From a virus: 64,000 nucleotides of DNA. Below are positions 46,052 to 54,876 of the stretch, in pieces. Position 1 is the first letter of the stretch; every line of letters starts with the position of its first letter. The DNA lies in the IMG/VR virus record IMGVR_UViG_3300032245_000473, positions 1 to 64,000 of that record; one strand, 5' to 3'. The notes beneath the pieces were generated by a model. The model ran no database searches. It was not told the DNA's origin and saw nothing but the letters and a program-made list of their open reading frames with translations. Made by a program: the position numbers and the translations under genes.

Positions 46052-47343
46052 TGGCGGACATTCAGCACGGCGCTCTTAGCAAGATGATTGTGGAGGGTGA
46101 CCTCCGCACTTTCATCGACGCCCGTATCACTGTTGACTTCTTCCCTGACGAGAAGTGGCGCAAGGTCTACCGATTCCTGCTGGACCATTGGAGGAAGTAC
46201 TCCACCCCTGCCACTACCGATGAGGTTCGCCGCTCCTACCCCACATACACGTGGGTGGAGGACGACCCTCAGCCCAGCCAGTACTACGTCGATGCTCTCC
46301 GTGAACGGCGCGAGTACGCCATCTACGTGGACGCCATCCAGCGTGCCAGCAACGCCGTGTTGGATGATGAGGAACCTGACAAGAACGTCATCATCCGTAG
46401 GCTTCTGCATGACGCCATCGTGCAGGCCAATACCGAAGCCAGTGCCAGCAGCGATGTGAACATTGTTGCTTCGTACACCGACATCCTGTACCGGCTGGGT
46501 CAGCGCCGAGACAATCCCGGCATGCTTCGCGGCATCACGACCGGATTCGACGGTATCGACTTCGTCACAGGGGGGTTACAGCCCGAACAGTTCATCGTGA
46601 TCACCGGTGTCCCGAAGAGCGGCAAGTCTTCGTTCCTGCTGTACATGGCTCTCAAAGTATTCATGGCGGGAAAGGTCCCGCTATTTGTCGGGTTTGAGAT
46701 GAGCAACGCCGAGCAGCAGGACCGCCTGACCTCCTTGATGAGCGGGGTTAGCCTGACCAATCTTTTGAACGGCACCACCACTCGCTCTGAGTGGCGCAAA
46801 GTCAACTCTGCATACAAGGCCCTTCATGGGATGCAGCCGTTCATCTTCTCGGCCGACGCCACCTCCAGCACCACGGTGTCATCCGTGCAGTCAAAGATTG
46901 CCGACCTGCGTCCTGACGTGGTCTTCGTAGACGGCATCTACATGATGGAATCCGACCGGCTGGACCCAAAGCAGTATCCCAAGGGGTCACCGCAGGTGCT
47001 GACTGACATCAGCCGTTCCCTGAAACAGTTGGCTCAATCGGCCAAACTTCCTATCGTGGTTTCGACGCAGTCGCTGGTGTCCCGTGCCAAAGGAGGACTG
47101 ACCCTGTCCAGTATCGGCTACACCAGCGCCTTCGGTCAGGACGCCGATGTGATTCTTGGTGTGGAGCGGCAGGCTGACAGCAACATCAGCAAGTTCCATG
47201 TCATGGAATCCCGTTCCGGTCCCCGCAAGGATGTGTATGTGGAGTGGGACTGGACCCGTGGTTACGTGGGTGAAATCGACTCCGCCATCTGGACCCCTCA
47301 GTCCCGAGCGCAGAACCAAGGTAAGAACTTTGGCACACCTTGA
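46051..47343 (+). CDS. dnaB: Replicative DNA helicase
   Basis: GITTGFDGID..TGGLQP, GVPKSGKS, FEMS, VFVDGIYMM, ISRSLKQLA, FGQDADVI. Confidence 0.92.
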   Translation: MADIQHGALSKMIVEGDLRTFIDARITVDFFPDEKWRKVYRFLLDHWRKYSTPATTDEVRRSYPTYTWVEDDPQPSQYYVDALRERREYAIYVDAIQRASNAVLDDEEPDKNVIIRRLLHDAIVQANTEASASSDVNIVASYTDILYRLGQRRDNPGMLRGITTGFDGIDFVTGGLQPEQFIVITGVPKSGKSSFLLYMALKVFMAGKVPLFVGFEMSNAEQQDRLTSLMSGVSLTNLLNGTTTRSEWRKVNSAYKALHGMQPFIFSADATSSTTVSSVQSKIADLRPDVVFVDGIYMMESDRLDPKQYPKGSPQVLTDISRSLKQLAQSAKLPIVVSTQSLVSRAKGGLTLSSIGYTSAFGQDADVILGVERQADSNISKFHVMESRSGPRKDVYVEWDWTRGYVGEIDSAIWTPQSRAQNQGKNFGTP

Positions 47344-48265
47344 CGTAGCCGCAGTTCTCGCCCAAGCCGGTGTCCGCAACATTCGTGAGGGCCAGAAGGA
47401 AATCACCGGGTCTTGCCCCATGCACCAGCAACGTGTAGGGAAGTCGGACGCACATGCTTCATGGTCGATGAACCGCCACACCTTCGTGCATCACTGCTTC
47501 TCCTGCGGGTATGCAGGGACTCTCACCGGCTTGCTGATCGACTTGCAGGGCTACGCCCCCGACGACATTGAAACCATGGTCAAGGCTTCCACCTTGGCCA
47601 GCAACATCAAGAAGATTGAGCAGAAGCAGGAGGAACCGGAACGGCGTGCCGCTACCGAGTGGGAAATGGCCAATGTTCTCACCGATGTTCCCGAGCGTCT
47701 GCTTTCCTTGCGCCACCTTTCATTGGAAGCAGCCAACACCTACGGTGTCCGTTGGGATAGCACGCTCAGGTCGTGGGTTCTTCCCATCCGTGACCCACAG
47801 GGAACCCTGCTGGGGGCGCAATACCGTCAGAAGGGGAACGTACTCAACCTCCCGCAGGGGCTGGAGAAGAGTGTGACCTTGTTCGGGTTCTGCGAGATGC
47901 GGCACCACAACCGTGTGGCCTTGGTGGAATCCCCTCTGGATGCGGTGCGTCTGTACGGGCTAGGTATCCCTGCTGTTTCATCCTTTGGTGCGTGGGTATC
48001 ACCCACCCAAGTTGAGTTGTTGGCGCGCAACTTCACTTCCGTAGTAATGATGTTGGACAACGATAAGGCCGGTAAGGAAGCCACTGCTCACACGGCAGAA
48101 GCACTTCGTCGACGTGGTACTGTTGCAATCCCTTTCTCATACCGTGGTATGGACGCCAAAGACCCCGGTGATGTCGAGGACGACAGCATGCTCCTCGCCA
48201 ACTGGGAGTGGTCGTTGTCCAACCTTCGTTTCATCGCCCCGCCCCCGAAGAAGATGAAGCGATGA
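47330..48265 (+). CDS. dnaG: DNA primase (CHC2 Zn finger plus TOPRIM)
   Basis: CPMH...HHCFSCG; LVESPLDAV; MLDNDKAG; KDPGD. Confidence 0.88.
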   Translation: MAHLDVAAVLAQAGVRNIREGQKEITGSCPMHQQRVGKSDAHASWSMNRHTFVHHCFSCGYAGTLTGLLIDLQGYAPDDIETMVKASTLASNIKKIEQKQEEPERRAATEWEMANVLTDVPERLLSLRHLSLEAANTYGVRWDSTLRSWVLPIRDPQGTLLGAQYRQKGNVLNLPQGLEKSVTLFGFCEMRHHNRVALVESPLDAVRLYGLGIPAVSSFGAWVSPTQVELLARNFTSVVMMLDNDKAGKEATAHTAEALRRRGTVAIPFSYRGMDAKDPGDVEDDSMLLANWEWSLSNLRFIAPPPKKMKR

Positions 48266-49815
48266 TGTTTGAGTACCGCCCGTACCAGTTGGAGGGAATC
48301 GCCAAAGGGGTGGAACGGGGCAACCAGTTGCTGGCAATGACCATGGGGTCGGGCAAGACCGCCACCTCTATCGGCACCGTCATGGAACTGCGGCGCCAGA
48401 AGAAGGTGGTCAGCGGGCTGATCCTCGCCCCTAACAGCCTCAAGTTCCAGTGGCAGCGTGAACTCCGCAAGGTCGACCCCACGGCCCGTTCCCTTGTCAT
48501 TGATGGAACCAAGGCCCAACGAACCTCCCAGTATCGACATGCCAAGCGGTTCCACTACGTCATCGCCAACTACGAGTGTGTGGTCAATGACTGGGAATTG
48601 TTCATCAAGATGGTTCCGCTGGACTTCATCATCGCTGACGAGGCGACGGCCATCAAGAGTTTCACCTCCAAGCGCAGTAAGCGTGTAAAGGCTCTGGCCA
48701 AGCGGTGTCAACATCGTTTTGCCCTCTCTGGCCAGCCTGTGGAGAACAAGCCAGAAGAACTATTCAGCATCATGGAGTTTGTGGACCCCGAGGTGCTGGG
48801 AGACTTCCGCAAGTTTGACAACTGTTTCATCGAACGGGACCACTGGGGTCGGCCAAAGAAATACCGGAACCTTCACCTGCTCCATGACGCCATCAAGCCC
48901 GCCATGTTCCGAAAGAGTCGTGCCGATATTGCCGAGTGGCTACCTGTGGTCAACTCCATTGAGGTTCCGGTTCCCTTGGACAACTCCATCATGCGGCTCC
49001 ATGACCTCATCAAGGCTGACCTGCTTGACGCATTGAACAAGGCAGTAGCGCAAGGGGGAGGCGGGTTCGATCTAGCAGCGCACTACGGCAAGGGGGTGAA
49101 CCAAGACCCCACGCTCAAAGGCGAGGTCATGGCTCGCCTCCTTGCCATGCGTATGCTGGCCAGCCATCCGTCACTACTTCTTGCTTCCGCTCACGACTTT
49201 GACGACGCCTCCACCAAGAGCGGCAGCAAGTATGCGTCACAGTTGAAGTTGTCCGGTGCGTTAGATGGGTTAGGAACTACTAGTCCGAAGATGGACGCCC
49301 TCATGGAGATGATCGAAGAGATTGTCGAAGAGGACCCGCTCAACAAAGTCGTGGTGTTCTCGTTCTTCAAACCCATGTTGCAGATCATTGAGCAGGCTCT
49401 TGCAAAGAGGGGTATCGGGCATACAAAGATCACGGGTGACGTGTCCACCGGTGATCGTGACAAGCGGATTCGCACCTTCAATGAGAATCCCAACTGCCGG
49501 GTGTTCTTGTCGTCGGATGCCGGTGCCTATGGTGTGGACTTGAACCGAGGCTCCCATCTCATCAACTACGACCTTCCTTGGTCGGCAGGTGTGTTATCAC
49601 AGCGTGTAGCGCGTATCGACCGGACTTCTTCTTCGTTCACCAACATCACCCTGACCTATCTCTTTGGGCAGGACACCATCGAAGAGCGAATGCTGCGGAT
49701 GTTGAAGGACAAACTGGCAGTGGCTGGTGCCTTCTTGGACGGCAAGTATGACTTGGAGTCCGGTTCTCTCCCGTTGGATTTCCAGTCCCTCAAACAGTTT
49801 CTTGTAGAGGGCTAA
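48262..49815 (+). CDS. SNF2-family helicase
   Basis: RPYQ, MGSGKT, IADEA, LSGQPVEN, VVVFS, GVDLN, NYDLPW, QRVARIDR. Confidence 0.92.
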   Translation: MMFEYRPYQLEGIAKGVERGNQLLAMTMGSGKTATSIGTVMELRRQKKVVSGLILAPNSLKFQWQRELRKVDPTARSLVIDGTKAQRTSQYRHAKRFHYVIANYECVVNDWELFIKMVPLDFIIADEATAIKSFTSKRSKRVKALAKRCQHRFALSGQPVENKPEELFSIMEFVDPEVLGDFRKFDNCFIERDHWGRPKKYRNLHLLHDAIKPAMFRKSRADIAEWLPVVNSIEVPVPLDNSIMRLHDLIKADLLDALNKAVAQGGGGFDLAAHYGKGVNQDPTLKGEVMARLLAMRMLASHPSLLLASAHDFDDASTKSGSKYASQLKLSGALDGLGTTSPKMDALMEMIEEIVEEDPLNKVVVFSFFKPMLQIIEQALAKRGIGHTKITGDVSTGDRDKRIRTFNENPNCRVFLSSDAGAYGVDLNRGSHLINYDLPWSAGVLSQRVARIDRTSSSFTNITLTYLFGQDTIEERMLRMLKDKLAVAGAFLDGKYDLESGSLPLDFQSLKQFLVEG

Positions 49816-49882
49816 ACGGCGTAGGTACCCGGCATGAACCTCTAATACGGGTTACGATTCTCTCTGTGTGAAGGAGGGACGG

Positions 49883-50113
49883 ATGAGCCTGAATAACCGG
49901 ATAGATACCGCACGTGATAACGAACCGAGAGTTAGCAGCGAGTGTTCCGTCTGCTGGGTCCTAAAGAAACTTGGCGACGAGGACAGGGCCGCTCTTGAAC
50001 GGGCGCTTGATTCACTCATGTCAAGCACCTACCTGTCCAATGTCCTTGCTGAAGAAGGAATCACTGTTTCCAAGTGGGCAGTTCAGCGCCACAGAAAGCA
50101 TGTGCGTAAATGA
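49883..50113 (+). CDS. Small Zn/HTH-like protein
   Basis: CSVC...VSKWAVQRHRKH; AAGGAGG RBS. Confidence 0.6.
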   Translation: MSLNNRIDTARDNEPRVSSECSVCWVLKKLGDEDRAALERALDSLMSSTYLSNVLAEEGITVSKWAVQRHRKHVRK

Positions 50114-51264
50114 GTCTGTCTGACCGTCTCGCCTCCATCCCGGCAGTTCCTGCAAATCTGGGTAGGTTCGCCGAACTCCTAGAGAGAAGCGGAGTCTCCG
50201 TTGATGACATCGGCAAGATTGAGCGGATGAACCTGTGGCAGATGGGGTACGTCGACAGGGAGACGGGCAGCGCCCAGTCGATGGACCTCGTTGGCGTGTC
50301 GCTCTCCCCGGCTTGGGAACAAGACCCTGCTTGGCCTGTCGTGCAGCCTGCAAAGCCGGTTATCGCCAAGCCAAGGCCCGCACCAAAGACCCGTTCCGGC
50401 GATGTGATCATCATCGCCCCTGATCCGCAGATTGGTTGCCGCCGTTACGAGAACGGGGAACTTGAATGGTTCCAAGATGACAGGGCAATCGACCTACATC
50501 TTCAGATCATCCGTGATGCCAAGCCCACGCAGATTGTGAACCTCGGTGACACTCTTGACTTTGCGGAGTGGAGCGACAGGTGGGCCATCCATCCTGAGAT
50601 GGTGATGACGACCCAGCCGACTATCGACCGGGCGCACCGGCACATTGCGGAACAGATCACCGAGGCACCGGACGACTGCACCGTCACGGTTCTGGAGGGC
50701 AACCATGATGCCCGCCTTGGCAAACTCATCCTGAAGAATGCCATGGCTGCGCTGCGGCTTCGGAGGGCTAACGCTCCCGAAGAATGGCCGATCATCTCAG
50801 TCCAAAATCTCCTGCGACTAGAAGACTTTGGCAAAGACAAGGTCAATTACGTAGACGGATACCCCGCCGGGCGTGTCAAACTGGCCGCTGGTTCCGGTGA
50901 CCTCACACCGCTCTATGCCATCCACGGTGAGCGTCTCTCTGTTTCGGCGGTGGCCAAGAACGAGAGACAGTCGTACGTGCAGGGCCATATACACCGCATT
51001 GCCGATTACTACGAGACGTATGAGTTGGACAACGAGCGTGTGTACGTGAACGCTTGGTCGCCCGGTTGCTTGTGCAGAACGGACGGCGTGGTCCCCAGTG
51101 CGCGTGGGGGAACAAAGGCCAATGGTCGCCCGGTGGCACGCCAAGAACTTTGGCAGCAGGGCGTCGGCATCATCACGGTCATGGATGACGGTACTTGGGC
51201 CAAGGAGATTGTCCCCATCATCAACGGGCGTGCAGTCTGGCGAGGCAAGGAATACGTGGCGTGA
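50110..51264 (+). CDS. Calcineurin-like metallophosphoesterase
   Basis: PDPQIG, NLGDTLD, LEGNHD, IHG, QGHIHR, PGCLC, WQQG. Confidence 0.85.
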   Translation: MSLSDRLASIPAVPANLGRFAELLERSGVSVDDIGKIERMNLWQMGYVDRETGSAQSMDLVGVSLSPAWEQDPAWPVVQPAKPVIAKPRPAPKTRSGDVIIIAPDPQIGCRRYENGELEWFQDDRAIDLHLQIIRDAKPTQIVNLGDTLDFAEWSDRWAIHPEMVMTTQPTIDRAHRHIAEQITEAPDDCTVTVLEGNHDARLGKLILKNAMAALRLRRANAPEEWPIISVQNLLRLEDFGKDKVNYVDGYPAGRVKLAAGSGDLTPLYAIHGERLSVSAVAKNERQSYVQGHIHRIADYYETYELDNERVYVNAWSPGCLCRTDGVVPSARGGTKANGRPVARQELWQQGVGIITVMDDGTWAKEIVPIINGRAVWRGKEYVA

Positions 51265-51659
51265 ACTACGCTCCTGTTTCCGTCAAGTGGTCCGACGCCC
51301 ACGCTGACCGTCTTGCCACGTCATGGACTGACCCGAAACAGATTGAAGACACCGGTCCCTACATCATCACCACCGTGGGGGTGCTTTTGGAGGGTCTGAA
51401 GGAAGGGCACGTGAGCGTTGCTCAGTCCTATGACCGGGAAACTAATGTGGACACCGTTCTACACATCCCTACCGATATGGTCAAAGAGATCGTCTTCTTG
51501 ACGACAAACGAGAGCCAAGGTTATGCCATGACGCGCCGAGACATGGAAATCATCCTGTACTTCCTTGAGAGGGTTGTGCCCAAGGGTCGGGAAGAAGAGA
51601 GCAAACTCTCACGGATCATTGCCCTGCTCAACAAGAAGGCCAAGAACGCTACTGAATGA
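51261..51659 (+). CDS. Hypothetical protein
   Basis: VKWSDAH...TTVGVLL...VAQS...IP pattern. Confidence 0.65.
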   Translation: MNYAPVSVKWSDAHADRLATSWTDPKQIEDTGPYIITTVGVLLEGLKEGHVSVAQSYDRETNVDTVLHIPTDMVKEIVFLTTNESQGYAMTRRDMEIILYFLERVVPKGREEESKLSRIIALLNKKAKNATE

Positions 51660-51683
51660 TGGAGGTTGGAATGGGAAGCACGG

Positions 51684-52115
51684 TCATCCCTTGGTAGATG
51701 CAGTGAGGAACCACGCCCATTTCTGATGGTGGTCGATTCGGTCAGCCAAGAAGTTGGCGATCCCCTGCTGCTTCTCTTCCGTGGCCTCATCAAATGCGGT
51801 GTTCATCGTCTTGAGGACGCCTTCGTTCAACTTTAGCAGAGCGCGAGCCATGGCCTGCGGTTCCTTCTTCGTGGTAGGGAACGACACAGTCCGGTTGTCG
51901 ATGAAGGTCTGGAGATTGAAGTGGGCGTACTCACCCAACTTCCTCAGGTTTTCTGCGATGGGGTCGATACTCCCGTAAACATCGTCGTAGATGTCTCCAA
52001 ACAGAGAGTGGTACTGATTGAAGTCCTGACCTTCCACGTTCCAGTGATACCCGTGAGCCACGAAGTACATGGTCACTACGTCGGCAAGCAGGGTGTTCAG
52101 GGTCTTCTTGAGCAT
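51684..52115 (-). CDS. dps: Dps family ferritin-like protein
   Basis: HGYHWNVEG.DF..YH.LF..IY....IDPIAENLRKLG; GIANFLADRI..H.K..W.L. Confidence 0.92.
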   Translation of the reverse strand: MLKKTLNTLLADVVTMYFVAHGYHWNVEGQDFNQYHSLFGDIYDDVYGSIDPIAENLRKLGEYAHFNLQTFIDNRTVSFPTTKKEPQAMARALLKLNEGVLKTMNTAFDEATEEKQQGIANFLADRIDHHQKWAWFLTASTKG

Positions 52116-52145
52116 GCACCAACCGTACCCGATACCCCGGTATCG
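52116..52145 (-). promoter_or_regulatory. Leaderless promoter of dps with an adjacent palindrome
   Basis: Reverse-strand TACGGT-N6-ATG; palindrome CGATACC-CC-GGTATCG at 52130-52145. Confidence 0.55.
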
Positions 52146-52185
52146 TTTCCGCCTCCTCCCGATAAAAAAACTTGCTAGGAACTAG

Positions 52186-52214
52186 TTGACATTCTCTCAA
52201 CGGTTCGGTACCTT
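52186..52214 (+). promoter_or_regulatory. Sigma-A/70-type promoter
   Basis: TTGACA-N17-TACCTT, 8 nt before ATG 52223. Confidence 0.7.
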
Positions 52215-52222
52215 TACCGTCA

Positions 52223-52681
52223 ATGGCTCGACAGATCACCCCGCCCGCCGCATGGGACGCCATGGTGCGTGCCTATGCCCAGTTCCGAACTCTTCGTGAG
52301 AAAGGTCAGACTGAAGAGGACAAGGCCAAGAAGGACATCTTGGGTTACCTCGCTGACCGGGGACAAGAGACGCCAGAGGGCCACCGAGTACTCGCTTCAG
52401 AGCGAGTGAGAGTCGGCAAGAAGTACATCATCGGCTTCAAGCGCCAGCGTCGTGTCTCCTTGGTCTTGGATCAAGACAAGGCCATCGCATGGCTGGAAGC
52501 CCACGGGCTGCTCGCTGAATGTCAGGTCACGGAAACGGTGACCTACTTCAACGAGGACGCCCTCATCGGACTCAACTTCTCCGAGAAGATTCCCGACGAC
52601 GTGTTCAAGGGTTTCTACACGGAGAAGGAGAACTTCGCCCTCATCTTGGAGGAAGACCCCGACGATGACGAGGACGAGTGA
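52223..52681 (+). CDS. Hypothetical protein
   Basis: 152 aa with acidic tail; first gene after the promoter. Confidence 0.7.
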   Translation: MARQITPPAAWDAMVRAYAQFRTLREKGQTEEDKAKKDILGYLADRGQETPEGHRVLASERVRVGKKYIIGFKRQRRVSLVLDQDKAIAWLEAHGLLAECQVTETVTYFNEDALIGLNFSEKIPDDVFKGFYTEKENFALILEEDPDDDEDE

Positions 52682-52725
52682 CTGCTGGAGAGACAGCATT
52701 ACACGTGACAACACATGAGGAACCA

Positions 52726-52986
52726 ATGAACAGAACAATGGCCTACGAGGCCCACTTGGAGCAGATCAACGATTTGCGCCGCAGGTCCATCGACGCAGCG
52801 ACCCTCGCACGGGCGTTCGATGACTACGCCGAGAACCTGACTCAGATCAAGACCAAGGGCGACATCGCTGATCTCGCCGCTATGGACTTGAAGACCCACG
52901 CCCACAAGCGCGCAGAGCAGGTCCGTCGATTCAGCCAGTCCTGCATCGAACGTGCGGATGCCATGGAGCGGGAGGGTCTGGCGTGA
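52726..52986 (+). CDS. Hypothetical protein
   Basis: GAGG RBS; helical; coupled to next gene. Confidence 0.55.
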   Translation: MNRTMAYEAHLEQINDLRRRSIDAATLARAFDDYAENLTQIKTKGDIADLAAMDLKTHAHKRAEQVRRFSQSCIERADAMEREGLA

Positions 52987-53312
52987 CCGACCTGACCAAA
53001 CTCCCCCACTCCTACATCCGCTGCCGCACGCTGGGACACGCTTGGGACGATGTGGAACCCACCGCTGAGGAGATTCAGGATGCCGATCTGATGTGGCACG
53101 GCTACTCGTTGCTGGCGACCTGTTGCTCCCGCTGCTACATGCGCCGCATGGACATCGTCACCACTGGTGGCGCACTCCGCACTCGCCGGTACAACTACCC
53201 GGTTGGGTACCTCATCGCCAAGGGTGAACACCGCCCGAAGCGCATCGAGTTCCGCAAGCAGTTGATCGCCAACCGCATCTTCCAGATGAAGGCAAAGCGG
53301 GGTAAGCAGTGA
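52983..53312 (+). CDS. Zn-binding hypothetical protein
   Basis: CRTLGHAW...CSRC...YNYPVGY. Confidence 0.65.
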   Translation: MTDLTKLPHSYIRCRTLGHAWDDVEPTAEEIQDADLMWHGYSLLATCCSRCYMRRMDIVTTGGALRTRRYNYPVGYLIAKGEHRPKRIEFRKQLIANRIFQMKAKRGKQ

Positions 53313-53689
53313 CCGAGTCAGAACTGAAGAGCGTGTATCACGCCGCCATCGTCGCCGGTACGTCCCACATCTGTTGCCCCGATTGTGGGAAGACTGTCCA
53401 ACGCAGGTCCTTCCGCAACCATTGTCGCAACGTGCATGGTGCCAACATCAGCAGCGGCCCCGGCCGAATCGCAGGCATCTCCACGAAGCGGAAGGCCAAG
53501 AAGGCCAAGAAGCAGCAGGTCATCGTCCCCGTGGAAAGCACTCCTTCGTGGGTGATTTCCCCCGATGAGTTCATGGACTTGACCGTTGCCGTTCTGTACT
53601 GCGACGACGAAACCATGCCCATCCGTCATCTGCCCCACATTTCCAAGTTCCGAACTCATGTCGAAGAATTGTTGGCGGCATTGAAGTGA
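53309..53689 (+). CDS. C2H2 Zn-finger protein
   Basis: CPDCG......FRNHCRNVH. Confidence 0.65.
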   Translation: MTESELKSVYHAAIVAGTSHICCPDCGKTVQRRSFRNHCRNVHGANISSGPGRIAGISTKRKAKKAKKQQVIVPVESTPSWVISPDEFMDLTVAVLYCDDETMPIRHLPHISKFRTHVEELLAALK

Positions 53690-54132
53690 GTGATTGGCTT
53701 TCCCAGTTTGACAGCCTTGACTACCCCGGTAGGCGTAAGCCGGTAAACCGTGTTACACCCAAGGTGCATACTGAAGCCGTCGATTGGGCATCGAAACCAA
53801 TCAAGTACATGGTCGCTGGTGAAGAGCGAGAGTTCTACACCATTGGCCACCTCGCCCGGGCTTTGGGATATTCGGTCCAAAGCATCAGAGCATGGGAGAA
53901 CACACAGTTGCTCCCGAAATCCCGGTATCGGTCGCCTAACCAGCGTCGTGCCAATCAGCCAGAGCATCTAACCAAGGGCAAGCGGCTCTGGACGCGTGAA
54001 CAGATTGAAGGTATACTTCGCATCGCTTCCGAAGAGGGTGTCATCCTCAACAAGAAGCCTCCGACCCCGAGGTTCGCCTCACGGGTACAAACACTTTTCA
54101 ATGAACTGTTCCACCCTCAACAACAGCCCTAG
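53686..54132 (+). CDS. MerR-like HTH DNA-binding protein
   Basis: YTIGHLARALGYSVQSIRAWE...LLP...KRLWTREQI. Confidence 0.8.
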   Translation: MSDWLSQFDSLDYPGRRKPVNRVTPKVHTEAVDWASKPIKYMVAGEEREFYTIGHLARALGYSVQSIRAWENTQLLPKSRYRSPNQRRANQPEHLTKGKRLWTREQIEGILRIASEEGVILNKKPPTPRFASRVQTLFNELFHPQQQP

Positions 54133-54155
54133 ACACTTACAAGGAAACACACAGC

Positions 54156-54875
54156 ATGAACATCTCCCGACGACCCGTTCGCCGCACCGATGGCCCCTTT
54201 GACGATGAGCAGCCCACAGCGCCTCCCGTCCCGAGCGCCGATGCCGACCCCGACGACGCACCCTTGATGCAGTTGCGTGGAGGTTGGTCGGCAGGGAAGC
54301 AGCAGGCTGAAGCCACCAGCGAGTACGCTCAGGCATTCAAGCCCGAGGTCAAGAGCCAGATCATCAAGTTCTTGGAAGACGCCCCTTACGTCAACTTCCG
54401 TCGTCACTGGATTGAGCGGAACGGCCTCGCTGGTGTGGTGAAGCGCCCTTACGTCTGCCCCCAGTCCGTGGGCAAGACGTGCCCGATCTGCAACCTTGGT
54501 GACAAGCCGCAAGCCGTGTCCTCTTTCAACGTGGCCCTCATCGGTGACGACGGCGTTCCTACCCTGAAGACGTGGGACCTTGGCGTCAAGTTGTTCAACG
54601 TGCTGGCTGGGTACGCCGAAGACCCGAAGGTCGGCCCCCTCACGCGTGGCTACTTCGCCGTGTCCGTGTCCAGCGGAGGTGCTGGTTCCCGCAAGGGCGG
54701 CACAACGCAGACCAACGTCAATCCGGTGAAGCCCTCGCAGTTGGATGAGTGGGGCACCATCCCTCCCAACCCGAAGGAACTGGAAGCCTTGGGCCTCTAC
54801 GACGCCAGCATCATCAAGTTGCCCAAGCCGGGCGAGTTGGAAGAGATCGCTGAAGAGATGGCGTCCGAGTACTGA
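54156..54875 (+). CDS. Single-stranded DNA-binding protein (gp32-like)
   Basis: IIKFLED.PY...HWI...C...CPIC...FNV; upstream of polymerase; AAGGA RBS. Confidence 0.7.
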   Translation: MNISRRPVRRTDGPFDDEQPTAPPVPSADADPDDAPLMQLRGGWSAGKQQAEATSEYAQAFKPEVKSQIIKFLEDAPYVNFRRHWIERNGLAGVVKRPYVCPQSVGKTCPICNLGDKPQAVSSFNVALIGDDGVPTLKTWDLGVKLFNVLAGYAEDPKVGPLTRGYFAVSVSSGGAGSRKGGTTQTNVNPVKPSQLDEWGTIPPNPKELEALGLYDASIIKLPKPGELEEIAEEMASEY

Positions 54876-54876
54876 C

